Positions 50,470 to 61,871 of a stretch of 64,000 nucleotides of DNA are shown one piece after another; within the stretch, counting starts at the first letter, position 1, and the number at the start of each line of letters is the position of its first letter. The stretch is taken from NCBI GenBank assembly GCA_964252035.1, contig OZ176200.1; one strand, 5' to 3'. The stretch is from Podarcis erhardii. Its lineage: Eukaryota. The position numbers were made by a program, and so were the translations under genes. Below the pieces are notes generated by a model, which saw only the letters and a program-made list of their open reading frames with translations, ran no database searches and was not told the DNA's origin.

Positions 50470-50523
<54 letters not shown>
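50425..50523 (+). repeat. SINE/CR1 tail remnant followed by (TA)n microsatellite
   Basis: ctagataaccatcgtggtcccttccaattctacaattctatga followed by about 26 TA units (50472-50523). Confidence 0.85.
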
Positions 50524-50529
<6 letters not shown>

Positions 50530-51844
50530 CACATCACATCACAAATTACTGTAGCTGCAATCCTTATCTTAACTTCTAAACCTCACTGAGACTTACCTCT
50601 AAGTTCACATGCACAGGGCTGCACTGTAAATTATAGAAGACTTAGCAATAATTATAACAATAGCTATTTGGATTGTCTGACAGTTTTATCAGAAATAGAG
50701 CTAGAATGTAAGGCACAAATGCCAACAGATCTTAGGAGGAAAGCCTATTCTTTAGTAGACAGCAATATCCAATGGTTCACACAGTCCATCCGATGGTAGA
50801 ACGTCACGTATGGTGACTGTATCTTACACGTTGGATTTTAATCCAGTTAGATTTATACTTTGGTATAAATTTAGATTTATAAATTTAGATTTATACTTTG
50901 GTGTGCTTCTTACAAATGTAAAAATGATACATTTTTATTTCTTCTACACAGATCAATTATACATAAAAATAAAAATGGTAGCCACATGATAATATACATT
51001 ATAATCCACAGCTAATTTTTTAGTCTATGGGAAAAATCTGTTTTGTATTTTGCATTCAAATCAGCTCTAGCAATGAAGGAATATTTTCATCATTATTTTA
51101 TCAAATGATTTTCCTTAGTTGAGGTTTTTTTAAGTCCAAGCAAATGAGCTTTCTTTAATGTCTTTTCTTCTACATTATTCCAAAACCTCAGCAACAAGAC
51201 ACCCCCCCCACACACATACATTTGCTTATAATTTCACCCTACTTTTTCTCTTTTTGCTCTAACTTCCCTTTCATGTGCCTCTCAACTTTCATTTACTATT
51301 CATATATTTACTTTAAATACACTCCTTCTCTATCTCCAAATCATTAGTAGCTATTGTGGGGAGAGGAAAACAGTTGAAAAGATTACTGCAGGGGCACTTT
51401 CAGACCACACTTCTCTCCTGTTCTTTCAATCTTTTCTGCATTTTTAGGGAATAAATCTCTTAAAAGTCATGAAACTCCAAACACACTCTCTTTCCTTCTG
51501 TGTCTCTTTCAGATTCTCACCAGTTTGGCCTCAGGCTAGTTTCGTAATAATAAAAAATCCCAAACCTGATATTCAGCATGAGATCCATAACACAGCAATC
51601 TCACTCTGAACAATACGTTTCATTACAGCAGCTCTATTGAATCCTTTGCTTGAAATAGTTTGAATTTCCCACCAGCTCAGTTGTGTGATATTTGGCCTCT
51701 TTTAGGCTAGCTAGCTCTTCCTAGAGGAAACCTACAGGGCAAAGAATAGAAAGCTCATGAGCCCTGAGGGCCTGTTTCAAAGAATACAAAGTCTTAGGAA
51801 AAAGTTTACTGGAGCTGTAGTTTGGTATGAATAAAGTCTTCAAC

Positions 51845-52062
51845 AGCAGACTATTCTCAGTGTATATTATCATCTAATTCCAGTTGCCACTTAGAGCTGT
51901 GGCATCATCCTAGAAAGCCAAATTCAAAATTTTACTGAAGCTATAATTTTGGATGTATACAGTACTCGATAGCAGACCATGCTGAGGACATATCACCATC
52001 TAATTCCAGTTGCGGTTTTGAGCTGAGATGTCATTCTAGAAAGCCAAATTTGAAATTTCACA
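51845..52062. repeat. Diverged tandem duplication, period 126 bp
   Basis: agcagac...catctaattccagttgc...tagaaagccaaatt starts at 51845 and again at 51971. Confidence 0.8.
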
Positions 52063-52113
52063 GGTTTTAAGAGTTCTAGAGTAACTTTCAGACAGAACTA
52101 TACTGAAACTCAC

Positions 52114-52163
52114 CCACTGTGAGTTTTTGCATGGCACATACAGCCATGTTTATGTTACTAGTC
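52114..52163 (-). CDS. Candidate exon C of an unidentified minus-strand gene (xTSNINMAVCAMQKLTV)
   Basis: tttgctgtggatactccag|...CAGTGG|gtgagt; 50 nt; the only open frame is phase 2 to 1, matching the phase-2 end of 55582-55479. Confidence 0.3.
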
Positions 52164-52189
52164 CTGGAGTATCCACAGCAAATGACCAG

Positions 52190-52405
52190 AGGAAGAATGA
52201 CTGCTGGGAGGATGCAGAAAGAAAAAATGTCATAGTATACCTGCACCAGCACAACAGACGCCTTCATCTGCCCTGGCTGCAACAAAACATGTCTTTCCCG
52301 TGTTGGTCTCTACAACCACACCAGGCACTGTAACTCTCAAATGGTTTGACTTCATCCCCAAGGCACACTCTTCTATTGTCTCCTGAGACAGATGAACGAC
52401 AACCA
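52190..52405 (+). mobile_element. RTE-clade LINE 3' end
   Basis: The degenerate C-terminal zinc-knuckle segment (FICPGCNKTCLSRVGLYNHTRHC) is followed by the RTE 3' UTR; the tail is shared with 21500-21600. Confidence 0.8.
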
Positions 52406-53486
52406 TTTACTGCACCATGTAAAACCTGAACCTTCTCTAAATGCACCATGTTTGAAAAAATAGGATAGGATTTTGCAGGGTGGGGGAATAAGGTTCTTTC
52501 TCTTTGCAGCTTATTTGTGCCTAAGAAGATGGCCTGGTTCACATGTCATCATGTCAGACCCATGTGAAGTGGTATGGTGTAGATTCCCAGGGAGTGTGAA
52601 CTGGCAAACCTGTAGACTTTGCTCCTGCTCAGTTATTTTGCTGCTGTGCCACCATTAGTCTGGAGAGAGCTAAACCACAAGCATTTGTTAAGATGGTATG
52701 CTAATCCAATCCATGGCTTAGCATAGCACAGCAGCAAAATAACCAGGAAAGAGTGAAGCAACTGTAATTTTCTCCCTGGAAGATTCATGCTAAGCCATGG
52801 TTTGACTTAGCATGATATGAAAACCAGACTTTTGTGTGATAAAAGTTCAGGTATGAAAAAAGACAAAGCAGCTAAGATTTATTAAGGTACTGCAAATTTT
52901 CTACAAAGGCTCACTTCAGATACACATGAAACCATATGTGAAATATTTAACAATAATGTACATTATGTGATACAGACTGATATCTGAATTTTAAGAAAAC
53001 ATTGGTTTATTATCATATTGTAAACCATTAAAAGCCAACCCACCAACTGCACTGAAAAACATTCAGTAAGACTTTCACTGAATGCTTTAAAATGTTCAAC
53101 AAATTAGCAGAAAACAAACAAGCAATTAAAAGAAGTCTGCTAAAAACACAGAAACAAAAAAAAACCACACCTGGGGAAATAGTTAGTTTTCAGAAGATAG
53201 TTTTTTAACCCCTAAATTGCTCACAAAGTACATTTATTTTCAAATTACTGTATACATTTTAAAGTATTTAATCAGGACTATGCAAAGCCCCTCTTTCTTG
53301 ATCTGATTTGGGTTCCAACTCAGCGATCTGGATTGACCCCCAGTCTGGAATAGATTGATCTGGACCTTAGTTCCAGCACCTCTCAGGTGGGCGCCGTTGA
53401 CATTATAAGAGAACAAGGGAGGCTTATTTATGGAGAATTCCGGCACCTCTTTTTCTATAAAAATAGCACTGAAGATAGCCATATTC

Positions 53487-53797
53487 AAATATTTATAGGG
53501 CTGTCACATGGAAGATGGAGCAAGCTTGTTTTCTCCTACTCCGGTGGGTAGGACCTGAACCAATGGAATTAGTTACAAGAAAGCAGATTCCAACTAAACA
53601 TCAGGAAGAGCTTTCTGACAGTAAGAGCTATTCGACAGTGGAACAGACTCCCTCGGAAGGTGGTGGATTCTCCTTCCTTGGAGGTTTTTAAGCAGAGCTG
53701 GGGTGGCCATCTGTTGTGGGTGCTCTACTTGATATTCCTAGATTGCAGGGTTTGGACTAGATGATCCTCATAGACCCTTCCAACTCTATGATTCTAC
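53487..53797 (+). mobile_element. CR1 LINE 3' end
   Basis: gggctgtcacatggaagatggagcaagcttgttttct...gattccaactaaacatcaggaagagctttctgacagtaagagc...cccttccaactctatgattcta. Confidence 0.9.
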
Positions 53798-54522
53798 AAG
53801 TCTATGGTTATATTGTCTTTTTTTTAGTTGTAAAAAAAACCTTCTACATTGAATTCCAGACTCTACCTGCCTTTTGTAATTTAGAGTAATTTCATCTTGG
53901 ACAGTGTGGTCAATGCAACCATTCATGTTACTTTAGTTCCTACTAGGACTGTGCATCGCATTCTGCTGAGTCCCAAGACCTGAACCAAATCAGGCTGATT
54001 TGGGAAACTCCAGGCATTGGTTCAATCATGTTAAGCTAACCCTGGATTGCCATGGGTTGTACTGTGTGGCAGTCACATAGCAAACTGGGGCTCTCAGGGG
54101 ATAGGGCGTAGGAAGGCAAGGCAGGTATGGGCAGGAAGGAGAAACCGTGAAAAGGAAGAACCTACTAGCTCTTCTTCGCAGGAGAAGGTAGGGTTCAGTG
54201 GCTTCTTCTTCCCACCAGGCCTCTCCTTTCTCCAGTGTCCTGAAGCAGAACCACACAGGAACAAATCCTTCCATGTGCAGTGCTGTTTGCTGCTCCTTTG
54301 TGAGCAGCTTCCCTGCATGGAGAAAAGCCATTCACAAAGAAGCAGCACCTCATAGGATCCAATCCTTGTGCTGGTAAACAGGATTAGGTCCTGTGTGGCA
54401 TCATTTTTGCTCCTTTACAAGTGGCCAGAGGAGGAGATCAGAAGCATTTACTCCCAGTTTTACACAAGCTACAGTCTCCTGTGATGTCTGAACATGGGGA
54501 ATTGTGAGGTAAGCTATGGTTA

Positions 54523-54845
54523 AAGTAATGGTACAGTTGCGGACGACTCTGGGGTTGTGTGCTCATCTCGCTCTATAGGCTGAGGGAGCCGGCATTTGTC
54601 CACAGACAGCTCCCAGGTCATGTGGCCAACATGACTAACCCGCTTCTGGCGAACCAGAGCAGCGCATGGAAATGCCGTTTACCTTCTCGCCGGAGCGGTA
54701 CCTATTTATCTACTTGCACTTTGATGTGCTTTCGAACTGCTAGGTGGGCAGGAGCTGGGACCCTGTTGTGGGGATTTGAACCACCGACCTTGTGATCAGC
54801 AAGCCCTAGGCTCTGTGGTTTAGACCACAGCGCCACCCGCGTCCC
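54523..54845 (-). mobile_element. Sauria SINE (reverse orientation)
   Basis: The reverse complement begins gggacgcgggtggcgctgtggtctaaaccac; 12-bp TSD aagctatggtta. Confidence 0.92.
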
Positions 54846-55478
54846 AAGCTATGGTTAGTAAGGATCAAATTGTATTTCATACCTTGGCTTATTCTAAAAC
54901 TCTATTTTAAACAAACCACAGTTGTCTGATCTCAGATGTCACAGAGAATTGTGGCTGGTTTCAAACCGAAGTAGATTTTTTTTTTTAATCTCCTCCACTG
55001 GCTTATGAACGAGGAGAAAAAGAAAGGGAGTATGCATGTAATTCATTCAGGTAGTGAAAAAGCATCATTTCCTGCTATATCTGAATTGTGTCAATGACTT
55101 ATCCAACCCTATTCTGCGAATCAAAAATCCATCTTCATGATCTCATTGGCTATACCACACTTAAGTGAACTAATCTAGAAAGAGGGTTATTGTGTTCATT
55201 CACAAGGTGGGAGGGAGCATAAATCACACAGAAGAGTCAGAAAGAGGCAATAACCCTCACTCCATCTGTGAAGGAAAACATATTCCCTAGGGCCAAGTGC
55301 ACCTCTTCTATATAATATGAATATGAGATGGATGTAGAGCAGAAGGGAGATGTGAACTCCAGGAAACAGGTTTTCTTTTGATTCACTGAAAAAATGTTAT
55401 TTAAGGGGTGGGAGGAAGATTGGTTGTGAAGAAAGATACCACCACAAACAATACATTCCTGGGCATAGTAGAACTTAC

Positions 55479-55582
55479 AAAGCCAATATTTTGCTTATAT
55501 TTGTAGCTATTTTTAATCTACTTATATCCCTGTAGACTTGCTTATGCAATACACTCTGATAGGCTGTGTGTTTATAATAGAA
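55479..55582 (-). CDS. Candidate exon B of an unidentified minus-strand gene (FYYKHTAYQSVLHKQVYRDISRLKIATNISKILA)
   Basis: Strong acceptor ttctccttccttgtctttcttccag and donor TTT|gtaagt; 104 nt, open in phase 0 to 2 and joins exon A in frame. Confidence 0.5.
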
Positions 55583-56132
55583 CTGGAAGAAAGACAAGGA
55601 AGGAGAATTTAAGCCTGTATAATTTAGAAGCCAAACAGAGAACAGTAGCATGCAAAATGGTGAATTTCTAGTAATAAAGTGTATATATGTAGCATCTGGA
55701 ATAGTATAGTGGTGTCTACAGCATACTAAATGCAAATTTCTTGTCTCAGTAAGGTTTCTAAAATTAAATTATTTACAGTTTGGATTGTCTCTGTAATTGT
55801 AAGAATAGCAAAAAAACAAAATCAAAAAGACAGATGGTGACAGAATTGACACAGACACCATATTTTATAAAAGAGGAAATGATATGGTAAAGGACTAGAA
55901 GCTTAAATATACTGGCCTCTGTTAAAAAGTATATTTTTATTTATTCTTTTAAATGAAAGATTAAAAATGACAGACAGCAGATTCAGTTGGGCACTAGTGC
56001 AACATTCATGCGTAGAAGAACTCTAAAAAGTGCACCAGATGTCTGTTTTCCCTGTTCTTTCCCATCATCTCAAATCTACTGGTGTGCTCCCAACCCCTGT
56101 AAAATGAGTACGTTGGTAAGAAGGTATGGCAG

Positions 56133-56135
<3 letters not shown>

Positions 56136-56171
<36 letters not shown>
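56136..56171. repeat. (TG)n microsatellite
   Basis: About 18 units. Confidence 0.97.
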
Positions 56172-56172
<1 letters not shown>

Positions 56173-57061
56173 CATGCAGACTCCTCATATTTACACCCAG
56201 ACTTTTGCATGCCATCAAGTTACTTGCACTTGGAGCATTAGTAACTTGTATAGAATGGAGCAGAGTAGGGGGAATGGATGTAGTTATAGGGGGCGGGAAA
56301 GTGGCCTCCCATTGCCTGCCTCACTTCCTCAGCAGTGTACTCAGGTTAGCAGACACTTGGAGCAGGCGGCTCTGCCACTTTGCACCCATTCTCAGCTTCA
56401 CTGGTACGTAGCTTATTGTCCACAGAGATCCTTTGTAGAAACAGAGCTAATGCTGATGGGAACTCTGATATCCAGTTGGAAGTACAAATAAGCCAAGAGA
56501 TGTTTCTGAAACCTGGCAGCCTATTCAAAATGCCATTCCCCATGCTCCCAATACATTATAGCATATTTATGCATTAAAATCTGTTTAATGCATACATTTA
56601 TACATTATACACACTAGATATACATATACAGATGCAATTATATACAAGCATGTGCCTAATTAGAAACATTGCGGCATAATAAAGGTTCTTACGACACCAT
56701 GCGTAATGTAAAAAAGAATCAAATAATGCTGTTTCATGCAATATGACATCATTTCCTGGAATTAAACAATGATGGTGGAAATGCAGGTAGCCCTAAGTAA
56801 TTTTCATCCTCAAACAATTCACAGATGTTTTCCTTTGTCTAGTAGAAATCAATACAGAGCTGGAACACATTCATTCTCTCTGTATCCGTCTTTTCTCTCT
56901 CAGCAAGGCAACTGCATAATACAAACAGATCTTTGTCTCATAAAAGCAACCAAACAACTATCTTGAAAATAAGCATACCTAGCCCCATTTGACATTGTTG
57001 TCCACCAATTTTACAATTCTACTGATGGTACAATACTTGACGGCAAAATGTTTGGCTCTAA

Positions 57062-57146
57062 CAGCACAACCCTATACATGACTACTCAGAAGTTCCATTG
57101 GGTTCATTGGAGCTTACTCCCAGGTAGGTGGGTATAGGATTGCAAC
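57062..57146. mobile_element. Short ancient palindromic repeat (multiple copies in the window)
   Basis: The ~85-bp cag.cctat.catg...actcagaagt...cttactcccaggt...taggattgca motif recurs degenerate at about 2820-2895, 7305-7390, 7410-7470, 8820-8920, 22800-22890, 27160-27240 and 27890-27920. Confidence 0.6.
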
Positions 57147-57394
57147 TATGGATGGTACTAATGGTTCTCTTCCGATGCTTCTGGATCCTTTAAAAAGCCT
57201 ACCCAGATATTTGGTTATCAATGTATTGGCTGTGTCACACAGGGCTACAGTGAGAGGGGGAAATTGTCTGAAATCAAGTGGAGGAACCTTGTGTCAGTGG
57301 ACTCCACTGTGGAAGGATGTGTGGATCCAAAATTGGCCTCCACAGTCATTTACAGATTCATTGTTAAAACCGTGTTTATGGAAGGCAATCTTAC

Positions 57395-57504
57395 TCGGCT
57401 ACGAGTGATCGCCAAAGAAGACTGGTGCAAGGTTCCTATTGCTGATTTCAGGTTATTCCAGCCCTGTAGAACCATCTTGAAAGGCTTTTCAGAAGGTGCA
57501 GGTG
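57395..57504 (-). CDS. Candidate exon A of an unidentified minus-strand gene (xPAPSEKPFKMVLQGWNNLKSAIGTLHQSSLAITRSR)
   Basis: Acceptor gtttgttcctttccccctgtctgcag and donor CGA|gtaaga; 110 nt; the only open frame is phase 1 to 0; it contains an ATG in strong Kozak context (AAGATGG). Confidence 0.45.
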
Positions 57505-58779
57505 CTGCAGACAGGGGGAAAGGAACAAACTTTATAGCTGTCTTCGAATCACACAACTACTGGAGACAACTCTATATGAATGTAGCATCCCCTCCTACAC
57601 GTACAGCCACTTCCGTTGTGTCTATTAGAATGTCTGATTGGAAAAGTCTAACAACCCTAAAACACAGAACTCCTACTTCGTTGTCTTTCAGTGCAATGTT
57701 GTCTCCCATTACTATCTTTCCTCTGACAAACTCCTGATAAGCTTTTCAGCAAATCCCAGAACACTTTTCTAAAACAATGCCCATAGGCCACAGCCTGGCC
57801 CTGCCAGCTCCAAAATGTTAGTGGCTTCTCAGGAAAGATGCCCTCAGAGAGCCCCTATAAAATATGAGTAATTGGTAGAGACCTGTGATGGAACATGCAT
57901 CTACTTCTCCCACAGTACCAATAATTACCGTAGCTCCCCCTCCTAAATGCACACAGACAATTTCAATGTTTCTTGCTAATGTTACCAGTGCTCTCATTCG
58001 TGCACCGATATACCTTTCTCATTTTTTAAAGGCTGTGGCCTTGCATCTAGTATCTCCAAAATGTACTCTGTATTCCCTTTGCTGTCAGTCTCCTTTTCAT
58101 GAGGGTGGGCTACCCCCTCTGAAAAGAAAGTGGAAGAACTGAAAGTTGTTCATTGTGCAAAACAACTATCTCCTTCTGGCAACTAGCATGCTTCTGGGTT
58201 GCTTCTGACATTAATGTATTTTGCCGAATTGTCACTGTTTTGGTACCCTTTCTCCCATAGCTACACATAACAGTACCTAGGTGCCCTGGAAGGTGACAGT
58301 GGCAAGAAGCTGAGAAATAATGGCCACTCCAGTGAATGGAGGACCCCTTGCTCATGCATCCACCCTGTCAGACTCTCAGAAAAGGCTTATCTGTACTTAC
58401 CTTTCCTCTGCTCTTTCCAGGCACAGTCTGCATTTTAAAGCTCCATGTCCAAGAACCCCCCCCCCCCTTTTTTTTTTGCTCCAGAGCTTTCCCCATGAAA
58501 ACCTGTTCTTTAAGCCTCAACCACAGCAAATGGCAATCCACTTAAACCCAAACTGAGCACTAAAAAGCAGGTTTTTGCAGGGAAAGCTCCAGGGCAAAAC
58601 CCCCCAAATGCTCAGACACTGAGCTTTTAAGTGCAGGTTTGTGCCTGGAAAGAGCAGGGCAAAACGTAAAAGACAATCACTGGCATCAGGTCTGCAGTCC
58701 ATTCTTCTGTGGGTGGGATTCACCCAATGAATCCCTCAGCAGAAGCCCTTACCAAGGGCTTCCGTTTCTGGAATGGGCC

Positions 58780-59690
58780 TTTTCCCCACATGCTTAGGGT
58801 GTGGATCAGGAGAACCCCCAGAACAGCAGGGAAAAAAGAATCATTGTGTCTGGCAAGATGAAATGCTTGCACAAATGGAACATTTGTAACAGTATGACAT
58901 TGAAAACTACCCATAGTTTTTCCTTGCACCCTGTGAGAAGTGGCATTGAATCTTATGTGCCACTTTTGATCTAGCAACCAGTTCTTCCAATGTTAAATGA
59001 GATGTCTCAGAGGTTTCTATGCCAATATAGTGGCCTCTGAGGAATTTTACAGAGTCTCCTGCCAGGTACATAAGCATGGATCTTGTAAAGCCAAGCTGTT
59101 CTGGTCCCCAAGCAACACAGCTGATGAGAATATTCTTCTCTTCTTCCCACTTCCTAAATGGCAAAGCCATCAATCCAAGTCATCTAATCAAGTCAAGACT
59201 ACTTTATGCAGCTTTTTGATAGATCTGGGAATGTACCAAAACAACATTTTCCATTGGTGATTTGTCAATTCAAATATATAGCGCCTGATCACATTCCTAG
59301 ATTAATCCTGAAATACAGCCTCAAGGCTGATCTTGAACATCATCTCAGTGCTGGCAGGATTCTGGGTCTGTAGCTGCCTCAGTTCTATTAACGTATTTGC
59401 TACGACTCTCCATGAGGAAGAAAGCTCTGAAGGTAAAATTATCTTCAGAGCTTCCTCTCCATTGAAAAGAAGTATGTACACTATGGACTATCTTTGACTT
59501 AATGACAAGCAATTTTAGGGTGCGAGAACAGAGCTGTACCTCTTTAAATACATACCTATATGCAAAGAACAAAACAATGGTAATGGTATCATATAAAAAC
59601 CAGGCTTGTTTCCTCCATATAAACATGGGCAAGTCTTTGGCTAAAGGTGTTCTTGCATATCTATATGAAATGGCATCTAGTTACTTTTGA
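58780..59690 (-). mobile_element. Decayed RTE-X-like LINE ORF2 3' region
   Basis: Minus-strand pieces such as PFVQAFHLARHNDSF resemble the AFTLARFN motif of squamate LINE ORF2 C-termini; stops and frameshifts throughout. Confidence 0.45.
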
Positions 59691-60611
59691 AATTGTGTGC
59701 TGCAATTTTTAATCCCCCATTTTCCGCACCAGCCAGAGTTGATAAAGGGAAGAGTGTCTTTAAACACTGAAATCCAGTTGTGCAACACTTTTATTAGGAC
59801 CAATCAAGTGTCCCAAAATATTGTCTTACTTTCACATTTTCTGGATCAGTACAGATACTTTGGCTTTTTATCTTTCAGCATGTGCCAAGGGCCCTGGCCT
59901 CCCTATTGAAAATCCAAACACTCGTGAGCAGAGAGAATGTGTTCCATGGGAGAGGGCATGAAGAAGTTTGCATCTTAGCTTGCTGCCACTGAGAAGCCAC
60001 AACCAGTTTTTGCCCACAACAGAGAATAACTGTATATTCTTCTTCTCACACTGTTTTCCTAAAATAGTTAACTAATTATGGCAATGTGCTGCTTTCCTGT
60101 TCACAAAAAAAGTAAGCCTTGGTGCATACTTGATAGCCCCATCCCCTGAGACACCAGTTTAAAGCAGAGACCACTGAACTGAAACAAAAGCACACTCGTT
60201 TAAAGAACTGATGTCAGTATCTACCAGGCAACCAGGAATGTGGATCTGGCTGCTCAGATATGCAACAAGGGGCAGCGGAACAGGGCCAAAAACGTAGTCA
60301 GGCTGAGAGGAACACTAATGTGAAGGTCAAACTAAGGCAAGGAGGAAAGACTTAATAAGACCTCACTGCTCTTTAGGTTGCAGCCAGATAAAATGCTTCA
60401 TCACAGGCAGGAGGAGGTGGAGTTGGCGTTTACAGCCAGGACTCTAGTTGCAAAGCTTGTAGGGGGAGAAACAGACCCACTAGACGGGAGGAACTTGTCT
60501 GGCTACATTCCAAAGAGAGACAAGACAGCCTGATCACCATGTACCTGACTGCTGGTTTGAGTTTGAGCTGAAGAGCAGTTTGGAGAACCAAAACAAATAG
60601 ACAACGCAATG

Positions 60612-60757
60612 NNNNNNNNNNNNNNNNNNNNNNNNNNNNNNNNNNNNNNNNNNNNNNNNNNNNNNNNNNNNNNNNNNNNNNNNNNNNNNNNNNNNNNNNN
60701 NNNNNNNNNNNNNNNNNNNNNNNNNNNNNNNNNNNNNNNNNNNNNNNNNNNNNNNNN
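60612..60757. other. Assembly gap (146 N)
   Basis: Run of N. Confidence 1.
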
Positions 60758-61270
60758 CCAATCTTCAGACTCAATAAATGAACTGGCTCCGACCTTTCAG
60801 AGTGTAGTTAAATGAATTTCTTTTACTGGAGTTACAGGAAGTTATACAAATCTCACGGTATGTGATGCTAGTTTCACACTGTGGCAACCAGCCCTGATCT
60901 CTTACTCTCCATTTTGCCTGAACAAGCCAGGCACCTCCTTTCTGCCAAGCTCCCGGGACACTAAGTTCTGGGTTACATCCTGTCTAGCAAGGTCACAGAA
61001 TAACTGAAGGGGTAATTTTCCCCAGTGATCGCCATCCCCCTCTGCCCCAGGAGGTGTCCACCATCTTCCCAACCCCACCTTACCTAACATGACCTGGGGT
61101 ATAATTGGCTAGAAAGTGTCAGGTGCTACTCAACTTCAAGATAGGTAGAAACACTTTTTAAAATGGGATGTGGCTACACAGTCCTTTCCCCTTCATTGAC
61201 CATCAGAATACCATGCAACTAAACATCTATGTTGCATTACTCATGAGGAGACCAGAAGCCTGTTTGTAAT

Positions 61271-61871
61271 TACCGTATTTTTCGCTCTATAAGACACACC
61301 TGACCATAAGATGCACCTAGTTTTTAGAGGTGCTATGATGCTCATGTACTGCTTGTGGGCTTCCCACAGGCATCAAGCTGGCCACTGTGTGGCCACAGTG
61401 CTGGCCACTGTCTCTGCGCAGTGCCCCTTCAGTGAAGCAGGAGGAGGAACAGAAGGGGCTCTGTTCCTCCTCCCGCTTCGCAGGAGAGGTGCTTCGCTGA
61501 AGGGGCACTGTGCAGCTCTCCTGCGCAGAGGGAGAGCTATGCAGCACCCCTTCAGCGAAGCGGGAGGAGGAACAGAAGGAGCCCCTTATGTTCCTCCTCC
61601 CGCTTCGCAGGAGAGGCACTTCGCTGAAGGGGCGCTGCACAGAGGACAGCTGGGCAGCGCCCCTTCAGCGAAGCGGGGGGAGGAACAGAAGGGGCTCCGT
61701 TCCTCCTCATGCTTCGCAGGAGAAGCGCTTCACTGAAGGGGCGCTGTGCAGCTCTCCCTCTCTGCGCAGCGCCTCTCCTGCGAAGCGCCATTCGCTCCAT
61801 AAGACGCACTCACATTTCCCCTTACTTTTTAGGAGGAAAAAAGTGTGTCTTATGGAGCTAAAAATACGGTA
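61271..61871. mobile_element. Tc1/mariner-type MITE with expanded GC-rich internal hairpin array
   Basis: TIRs taccgtatttttcgctctataagac / gtcttatggagctaaaaatacggta; same family as 36712-36975 but about 340 bp longer, with three ~120-bp palindromic units inside. Confidence 0.88.

Noticed and set aside
55987-56491. ORFs containing CVCVCV or HTHTHT runs
   Set aside because: They are translations of the (TG)n microsatellite; the same applies at 12549 and 19994.
20749-60815. ORFs spanning N runs (20749, 37560, 41589, 60430 and others)
   Set aside because: They are open only because N codons contain no stops.
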